Below, one piece after another: positions 57,879-64,000 of a stretch of 64,000 nt of DNA (positions are counted from its first letter, which is position 1; each line of letters begins with the position of its first letter). The stretch lies in NCBI GenBank assembly GCA_958296385.1, contig OY282494.1, forward strand, positions 2,622,981-2,686,980, given 5' to 3'. The notes beneath the pieces are model-generated. The model saw only the letters and a program-made list of their open reading frames with translations. It was not told the DNA's origin and did no database searches. The translations under genes were made by a program, and so were the position numbers. The stretch comes from an uncultured Dehalococcoidia bacterium. GTDB taxonomy: Bacteria > Chloroflexota > Dehalococcoidia > Lucifugimonadales > UBA3495.

Positions 57879-57913
57879 CCGGAACCGCTTTACCGGATCT
57901 GCTTCATCCGGGA

Positions 57914-58246
57914 CTACTTCAGCGGAACGGCCAGCGAGATGCGGGCCTCCTCGCCGGTGTTGCGGATGATGTGGCCGTGTCCGGTCAGGTCTTCGGCAAC
58001 CAGCACGTCGCCGGGGCCAAACTGCCGCTTGGAACCGTCGGCAACCTCAATCTCCGCGCCGCCCGACATAAACACCACGTACTGATGACGCGGCGCAGTG
58101 TGGTAATCCTGCCACCAGCCCGCCGGACGCTGCCCAACGGTAATATCGCCGGGGCCAACGTCATTGGCAATCTCGGCAAACTCATCCGCCGTAACATCCT
58201 GAAAATGCGACTCCCCATCATCGCCAGCGTAAATGCGAACAATCAT
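57914..58246 (-). CDS. Cupin-domain protein (paralog 1)
   Basis: 110 aa. GESHF...HTAPRHQYVVFMSGGAEIEV.DGS...GPGDVLVAEDLTGHGH. GGGGGAGAG RBS. Confidence 0.7.
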   Translation of the reverse strand: MIVRIYAGDDGESHFQDVTADEFAEIANDVGPGDITVGQRPAGWWQDYHTAPRHQYVVFMSGGAEIEVADGSKRQFGPGDVLVAEDLTGHGHIIRNTGEEARISLAVPLK

Positions 58247-58290
58247 ACTCTCCCCCGTATCCGAATGACTGCGAACCCGGCCTTGACCGG

Positions 58291-58635
58291 CTAACCCTCG
58301 GCCAGCGGCACGGCCAGGGACACGCGGAACTCGTCGCCGATGCTGCGGGCGATGTGGCCGTGTCCGGTCAGGTCTTCGGCAACCAGCACGTCGCCGGGGA
58401 ACATCCGCACCGTAGTGCCGTCCGCCACCTCAAACTCGGCAATGCCGTTCATGTTGACCACGTACTGCCGGCGCGGCGCATTGTGGTAGTCGGAAAAGCT
58501 GGGCGACTCCCGCCGGTTCACGTTGATGTCGCCGGGGCCAACGTTATTGGCAATGTCGGCAAACTGGTCCGCCGTCAAATGCTCAAAATGGCTCTCCCCG
58601 TCGCTCCCGGTATAAACCCGTACAATCTGTCCCAT
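58291..58635 (-). CDS. Cupin-domain protein (paralog 2)
   Basis: MGQIVRVYTGSDGESHFEHL... is colinear with paralog 1. GGGAGG RBS before ATG 58635; the track ORF extends to 58722. Confidence 0.7.
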   Translation of the reverse strand: MGQIVRVYTGSDGESHFEHLTADQFADIANNVGPGDINVNRRESPSFSDYHNAPRRQYVVNMNGIAEFEVADGTTVRMFPGDVLVAEDLTGHGHIARSIGDEFRVSLAVPLAEG

Positions 58636-58760
58636 AATATGCCTCCCATTAGGCGTGGCGTGGATGTAAATGCAGATGCGGTTTCTCCGCCGATGCCCAT
58701 TATGCCACAAGTACCGCCCCAACCGGCGCCGACGATTGCCTGCGATTAGCAGGTTGGCGC

Positions 58761-59087
58761 TTACGGCTCGGGCAGTCCGAGAAAGTCACCGGAAACGACA
58801 AACAAGTACTCGCCCCAGCAGGCAACGCTGCCGTCGGCCTTGATACCGCAAGCGTGGATTGTTCCGGCGCTGATTTGACGAAAATTTCCTCCCGGCGGGT
58901 TGGCTTGTCCCAATTCATTACTACCCCAACAGGCAACGCTGCCGTCAGTCTTCACCCCGCAAGTGTAATCATTCGAGGAGCTAACTTGACTAAAACTCCC
59001 TTCCGGCGGATTAGCCTGTCCAAACTCATCACTGCCCCAGCAGGAAACGCTGGCGTTGGTCTGCTGGAACCGATGGGTCAAATCCAA
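58761..59087 (-). pseudogene. RCC1-like repeat fragment (about 2.5 blades); possible gene remnant or small ORF
   Basis: SVSCWGSDEFGQANPPEGSFSQVSSSNDYTCGVKTDG / SVACWGSNELGQANPPGGNFRQISAGTIHACGIKADG / SVACWGEY. Too short for a 7-bladed propeller, no signal peptide, and lower GC. Confidence 0.45.
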
Positions 59088-59314
59088 CTTCAGCGCAAGT
59101 TGAGAATACCGCCTGGGGGGTGGGGTTGCTTTTTTGGGGGTGGTGTGTATGATTGGTTTGTTTGACGCTGTGCTGGAGGTGGCTGGGTTTGCGGCTGCCG
59201 GAAGGCTTGGCGATTGATTGAGCTGATGCTGCTGATTCAGATGCGGCGGCGGATGCGATTCGGGGTGTATTTACAGTGACGTTGCTAGGTTCGTTCCGCG
59301 CTTTGCTATCATCT

Positions 59315-59336
59315 CCCCCCCCCCCCCCCCCCCCCC
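59315..59336 (+). repeat. Homopolymeric C22 tract upstream of the LRR surface-protein gene
   Basis: Counted directly: 22 consecutive C. They are in frame (Pro7) with the downstream KRR-hydrophobic signal sequence. Confidence 0.95.
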
Positions 59337-59393
59337 GCACTTGACCCGGTAAAAAGGCGTCTTATTGCGACGGCGGCGCTGCTGGCCGTCGTT

Positions 59394-61868
59394 TTGGCGG
59401 GGATTGGGGTTGCGCTCATGATGGATGGGCGGTCGGCGTCGGCGCAGTCGGCGCCTTGTACTGCGACCAGCCCGGCGCTGAGTACGTGGCTTAGTACGAC
59501 ACCGGCGCCGTCGACTACTACGACGGCCGCGCTGATTGCCGACTGCAACACGCTGCTGGGCCTGGAGGGCACCCTGGCCGGCACCACCCTGGATAGCATG
59601 GGCCAGCCCGTGGATAGCATGGGCAACGCCGCGGATAGGCTGGGTTGGGACCAAGTAGTGTCTTTGGATATGTGGCGGGGCATAACGGTAGAGGCTTCGC
59701 CGACGCCCGCCACCGGCGCTTACCGGGTTACCAAAGTGAATTTGGAATGGAGGTCGAGCACCAACTCGGCGAGGCAGCGTCTGCAAGGGCAGATTCCGGC
59801 GGCGCTGGCGAATTTGCCGGGGTTGAAGGAGCTGGATCTGTCAAGGAACCAGCTGACGGGGGGCATACCCACGGAATTGAGTACGCTGGCCCATTTGGAA
59901 ACGCTGAATTTGGATCGGAACACCGGTCTCACCGGGGGGATACCGGCGGAGCTGGGCAGCCTGACCGCGCTTAAGGAACTGGACTTGACGTTTATCCCGC
60001 TGACGGGCAGCATACCCGTCGAGCTGGGGAACCTGTCTAACCTGGAGCGGCTGGCATTGGTGCAAAATTCGCGTGTTTCCCAACGACTTTCCGGCACCCT
60101 GCCCACCCAATTAGGTAACTTGGGCAACCTGAAGCACCTGCTTATAATCAACACCGACATCACCGGAAACATCCCCGTCGAGCTGGGCAACCTGTCGAAT
60201 CTGGTGACCTTGCAGCTTTGTAATAATGATCTCACCGGGACGATTCCGAAAGAGCTGGGGCGGCTGTCTAATCTGGAGAACCTCTGTCTGCGGGGCAACC
60301 GGCTGACGGGGAGTATTCCGAAAGAGCTGGGGAGCCTGTCGAACCTGGAAACGCTGTCGCTGAACGAGAACCGGCTGACGGGGAGCATCCCCAAGGAGCT
60401 GGGGAGCCTGTCGAACCTGGAACGGCTGTATCTGTACGACAACCGGCTGACGGGGAGCATCCCCAAGGAGCTGGGGCAGCTGTCCAGGCTGGTGTATCTG
60501 TTTCTGAGGGATAACAGGCTGTCCGGGGCAATTCCGCCGGAAGTGACTGGGCTGACCGGCCTCGCAGGTTTGGGTCTCACAGGCAACTCACTGGAAAGCC
60601 GGGTTGCGCTAACGCTGTCCAGGACCGAAATCGGCGAGGGGGACGGGGCGACGGACGTGGTGGTGACGGTTAATCCGGCCGGCAGTGATACATGGGGGGC
60701 GAACCGTATCGGGGGGAACGTTGCCAGCGGGGTGACAATCCGGGCGGCGGCCAGCGGTGGGGCGAACGTCGTTACTTTTGCGGTGAATGAACCGGCGGCC
60801 TTCGATATACCCAGGGCGGCGACGACGACGGAGCGCAGCGTTACCCTGCGGATAACGCCCAATGACAACACCGTAATCAATGCTGACGAGACGATTACGG
60901 TAACGGTAAGCGGCACGGGGGCGCCGGGCGCGGCGAACACCGCGCTGAGAGCGGCGGCCGATTACGAGATTACGCTTACGGATGACGACCAGCCGGTGGT
61001 TGCCGACCCGACGCCGACGCCGACGCCAGCACCGACGCAGGCTCCGGCGCCGGCTCCGACTCCGGTGAATGATGATGACGATGACGATGATGACCCGCCG
61101 CTGACGCCAACGGCTACGGCAACACCGACGATGCCGGCCGCAACGCCGGCACCGACGACGCCGGCCGCGACGCCGGAGCGGGAGCCGGCCGCTACGGTGG
61201 CACCGACGGCGCCGGCCGCAACGCCTACTCCGACGGCGGCGCCTACTGTGGGGGCACCGACGGCGCCGGCGGCAAGGCGCACGGCGGCGCCGGCAGTTAC
61301 GGCAACGCCGCCGCCGCCCATGCCAACAGCGGCGCCGCCGGCGGATTCGCCTACGCCAACGCCGGCAGCGCCACCAACGGCGGCGCCACCGACGGAGCCG
61401 CCGCCGGCCGCGTCCGTCATCCAGTCGCCGGCGGTGATTGGTGAGATTACGTTCAGCAACCCCAGCCCGGCGCCGGGGAGTTCGGTGCTGGTGGAGGTTG
61501 CGGTGAGCAACCCCGGAACCGGGCCGGCCGGGTACCTGCTGGAAATCACCGTAGCCGGCGAGGTAGTGCAGCGGCAGACGGTGACGGTGGAGGCCGGGGA
61601 AACGGAGCAAGTGCGGCTGCCGGTGGTGTCCCCGGACGTGCCAGCTGAGGTGGTGGTTCGGGTACGGGATCAGTCGCAAACGGTGACGCTGACGCCGGCT
61701 ACGGACGGGAGCGGCGGGGGAGGCGGAACCGGCGGCGGAGGGGCGACGGGCGACGTGGAAACGGTCGGGGGGCCGCCGTGGCTGCTGATGGGGGTTCTGG
61801 CGGGGGCAGCGGCGGTAGTCCTGGGAGGGTTCGTCGTCCTGCTCCGGAGGCGGGGGCGGGCCGGCTGA
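59394..61868 (+). CDS. Leucine-rich-repeat surface protein (24-residue LRRs) with one Calx-like unit, a PT linker, a CARDB-like domain and a C-terminal TM anchor
   Basis: About 11 repeats of LxxLxxLxLxxNxLTGSIPxELGxLSN. The tail ...PPWLLMGVLAGAAAVVLGGFVVLLRRRGRAG matches the giant protein's. The annotated TTG 59394 cuts into the signal peptide (KRRLIATAALLAVVLAGIGVALMMDGRSASA/QS), so the true start is unresolved. Confidence 0.85.
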   Translation: MAGIGVALMMDGRSASAQSAPCTATSPALSTWLSTTPAPSTTTTAALIADCNTLLGLEGTLAGTTLDSMGQPVDSMGNAADRLGWDQVVSLDMWRGITVEASPTPATGAYRVTKVNLEWRSSTNSARQRLQGQIPAALANLPGLKELDLSRNQLTGGIPTELSTLAHLETLNLDRNTGLTGGIPAELGSLTALKELDLTFIPLTGSIPVELGNLSNLERLALVQNSRVSQRLSGTLPTQLGNLGNLKHLLIINTDITGNIPVELGNLSNLVTLQLCNNDLTGTIPKELGRLSNLENLCLRGNRLTGSIPKELGSLSNLETLSLNENRLTGSIPKELGSLSNLERLYLYDNRLTGSIPKELGQLSRLVYLFLRDNRLSGAIPPEVTGLTGLAGLGLTGNSLESRVALTLSRTEIGEGDGATDVVVTVNPAGSDTWGANRIGGNVASGVTIRAAASGGANVVTFAVNEPAAFDIPRAATTTERSVTLRITPNDNTVINADETITVTVSGTGAPGAANTALRAAADYEITLTDDDQPVVADPTPTPTPAPTQAPAPAPTPVNDDDDDDDDPPLTPTATATPTMPAATPAPTTPAATPEREPAATVAPTAPAATPTPTAAPTVGAPTAPAARRTAAPAVTATPPPPMPTAAPPADSPTPTPAAPPTAAPPTEPPPAASVIQSPAVIGEITFSNPSPAPGSSVLVEVAVSNPGTGPAGYLLEITVAGEVVQRQTVTVEAGETEQVRLPVVSPDVPAEVVVRVRDQSQTVTLTPATDGSGGGGGTGGGGATGDVETVGGPPWLLMGVLAGAAAVVLGGFVVLLRRRGRAG
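59781..60598 (+). repeat. LRR coding array with near-identical 72-nt repeats
   Basis: NRLTGSIPKELGSLSNLE(T/R)L occurs three times in succession between about 60290 and 60500. Confidence 0.85.
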
Positions 61869-62031
61869 CGCCGGGCGGCATTGGCTGACCCCCGCCGTAA
61901 TTCCCCTGCCCCCAACGGCGTTGCCCCCAAGCGTGCACCCACCGTTGCGCCCCGTGCGGTGACGTGGCAAACTCGCATATCCATCAGCCATCCATCCGCA
62001 GCGCCAACCGGCCCGCTGCAACGAGGACTTT

Positions 62032-62892
62032 ATGACCCAGCAGTTACCCCCTGAGGTTCTGAACCTCATCGACGCCGCCCTCACCGAGGACCAGGTGTTC
62101 AACGACCCCACGACGCAGACCCTGGTGCCCGACGCCATCGTCGGCAGCGGTATGCTGCGGGCCAAGGCCGACGGCGTGCTGGCCGGCGGCCCCGTTGCCG
62201 CCGCCGTGTTCCGCCGCATCGACCCGTCCCTTGACGTCGCGCTACTGCTGGATGATGGCGCACCGCTGGCCCCCGGACAGGACATCGCCAGCGTGTCCGG
62301 CCCGGCCGCCTCCATCCTGCGGGCCGAGCGCACCGCCCTCAACTTTATGCAGCGCATGAGCGGCATCGCCACCGCCACCAGCCACTACGTGCAGGCCATC
62401 GCCGGCACCGGCGCCCGCATCGTGGACACCCGCAAAACCGCACCCGGCCATCGCTACCTGGACAAGTACAGCGTCCGCATGGGCGGCGGCCACAACCACC
62501 GCCTCAACCTCGCCGACGGCATCCTCATTAAAGACAACCACATCGAAGCCAGAGCCTGGCTCGAGGAACGCCTCGGCGACGTAGTACGCCGCGCCATATC
62601 CCAGGCATCCCACACCATCCGCGTTGAGGTGGAAGTGGAATCCCTCGAGCAGGTGCAGGAGGCCGTGAACGCCGGCGCTCACATCATAATGCTGGACAAT
62701 ATGCCCGTCCCCCTAATGCAGCAAGCCGTCAACATCATCGCCGGCCGCGCCTCCGTAGAGGCATCCGGCGGCATCACCCTGCAAACCGTCCGCGCCGTAG
62801 CCGAAACCGGCGTCAACCTAATCAGCATCGGTAACCTAACCCACTCCCCAGACGCCCTGGACATATCCCTCGACCTGGAATTCCCTAGATAA
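62032..62892 (+). CDS. nadC: Nicotinate-nucleotide pyrophosphorylase (carboxylating) / quinolinate phosphoribosyltransferase
   Basis: ERTALNFMQRMSGIATAT...VDTRKTAPGHRYLDKYSVRMGGGHNHRLNLADGILIKDNHI...IMLDNM...EASGGI. Confidence 0.92.
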   Translation: MTQQLPPEVLNLIDAALTEDQVFNDPTTQTLVPDAIVGSGMLRAKADGVLAGGPVAAAVFRRIDPSLDVALLLDDGAPLAPGQDIASVSGPAASILRAERTALNFMQRMSGIATATSHYVQAIAGTGARIVDTRKTAPGHRYLDKYSVRMGGGHNHRLNLADGILIKDNHIEARAWLEERLGDVVRRAISQASHTIRVEVEVESLEQVQEAVNAGAHIIMLDNMPVPLMQQAVNIIAGRASVEASGGITLQTVRAVAETGVNLISIGNLTHSPDALDISLDLEFPR

Positions 62893-62914
62893 ACAGCGCA
62901 CCCGCACCCCGGCC

Positions 62915-64000
62915 TCACTCCCCCAGCGGCGGTTTCTCCCCGCCAAACAGCTGCGGCCGGGCCGCAATCTCCGCCTTGATACCGACGCCGTTCCCGTCCC
63001 GAACGCTAACGTCCAGCACGTTCCCAATCTCCGCGGCAACGGTTCGCACGTACCCCAACCCCACGATGCCATCGCCATCCGCCCCCGGCAGCCGGGCCAC
63101 CGACGTAACCAGCCCCATCGCCTTACCCGCACCATCCACCAACTGCGCCCCGGCCAACCCGTCCGGGCCATCAGAGCCACCATCATCAGAACCGCCGTCA
63201 ATCTGAAAGCGCAGCGCAACCAGATACTTCTGCACCTTTTCGTAGGTATCCAGCCGGGCGATGACTTCCTGCCCGATGTAACACCCCTTATGAAAGTCGA
63301 TGGCCCCGATAAGGCCCGCCTCCAGCGGATTGTAGGTATCGCTCATCTCGGCGCCGTAGCGGGGCCGCCGCCGGGCAATGCGCAGCGCCTCGGCGGTAGC
63401 ATCGCTGATACGGACGGCGCCGGCCGATTCCAAAGCCGCCACCGTCGTTGCCGCATCATCTCCGTCGGCCAGCAGATAAAACTCCGCACCATCACCGTCC
63501 GGGTGTGCCGGCGGAACAATCAGCCGGATTGGAACAGCGTCATCGCCCCCGGAAATAGTGCAGATTCCGGGGACGGTCAAATCGTCAACAACCGGCAGCG
63601 CGCGCCGCAGGACATCCCCGGCCGCCGGCCCGGTCACCGTGAACATCGCCAGCGCCCCGGACACGTCCTCCACCTCCAGGTCTTCCATTATGGTGTACTT
63701 GTCCAGAAACTCGATAACCGCCGCCTGCTGGCCGGGGCTGGTCAGCAGCAGCTGGCAATCCCCGCAGTGCGCAACGTACACCAGGTCAACAATCCGCCCC
63801 CGGTCGCTGGTCAGCACGGTAACGTCCACGCTGCCCGGCGCCGCATCCGGGTCAATCAGATTAGTGGACAGCCGGTTCAGCAAGTCGCGCGCATCCACGC
63901 CAACCAGCCGCAGCCGGCCGGCCGGAGATGCAAAGACGGCGGCCCCGTCAACGGCGGCCCGGTATTCATCGGCCCGGTATCCGGCATCGGCAAAGGCGGT
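62915..64000 (-). CDS. Folate-binding YgfZ/GcvT-family (aminomethyltransferase-like) protein; N-terminus runs off the right edge
   Basis: FHKGCYIGQEVIARLDTYEKVQK (the KGCYxGQE motif). The frame stays open from 63898 to the window edge (…AAVFASPAGRLRLVGVDARDLLNRL), so the track's M at 63898 is an internal GTG. Confidence 0.8.
   Translation of the reverse strand, partial: TAFADAGYRADEYRAAVDGAAVFASPAGRLRLVGVDARDLLNRLSTNLIDPDAAPGSVDVTVLTSDRGRIVDLVYVAHCGDCQLLLTSPGQQAAVIEFLDKYTIMEDLEVEDVSGALAMFTVTGPAAGDVLRRALPVVDDLTVPGICTISGGDDAVPIRLIVPPAHPDGDGAEFYLLADGDDAATTVAALESAGAVRISDATAEALRIARRRPRYGAEMSDTYNPLEAGLIGAIDFHKGCYIGQEVIARLDTYEKVQKYLVALRFQIDGGSDDGGSDGPDGLAGAQLVDGAGKAMGLVTSVARLPGADGDGIVGLGYVRTVAAEIGNVLDVSVRDGNGVGIKAEIAARPQLFGGEKPPLGE

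Noticed and set aside
60609-62378. 589-aa minus-strand ORF overlapping the LRR gene tail and nadC.
   Set aside because: Extreme Arg-rich (RRRR...) translation of the PT-linker antisense strand. Not a plausible protein.

Overview
High-GC bacterial chromosomal window. I saw no rRNA, CRISPR array, transposase or integrase. Left third (1-19.5 kb): housekeeping genes (hisIE-HAD-hisF, tenA, tRNA-Pro and tRNA-Arg, a TPP riboswitch in front of a sodium:solute-symporter-family transporter, two tandem LigB-like genes, mutS2), two visibly lower-GC orphan genes, and a four-gene operon with overlapping stop/start codons (GT4 glycosyltransferase, radical-SAM/SPASM, WG-repeat O-methyltransferase, histidine phosphatase). 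Centre: two tandem Uma2-family endonuclease genes, then one uninterrupted ~25.7-kb ORF (21581/21716-47317, ~8,500 aa, 40% of the window). It encodes a signal peptide, ten GLUG-type beta-helix modules, ~29 Calx-beta/cadherin-like beta-sandwich units, a Pro/Thr linker, a CARDB-like domain and a C-terminal TM anchor. Right third: an iron locus (ABC ATPase, DtxR-family regulator, permease, binding protein, bfd, bfr) interrupted by an inverted ArnT/PMT-like glycosyltransferase, then a lower-GC TIR-like orphan gene, DUF2851, two cupins, an RCC1-like fragment, an LRR surface protein, nadC and a ygfZ/gcvT-like gene. Most notable: the giant protein and the LRR protein share the same C-terminal cassette (PT linker, CARDB-like domain, GGxPWLL-TM-RRRG tail). 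Each gene also has a very long homopolymer at its 5' end (G20 ending 7 nt before the giant gene's ATG, C22 ahead of the LRR signal peptide). Together this suggests a small family of tail-anchored surface proteins gated by slipped-strand variation. Every domain call is by-eye motif recognition on the supplied translations. No searches were run.
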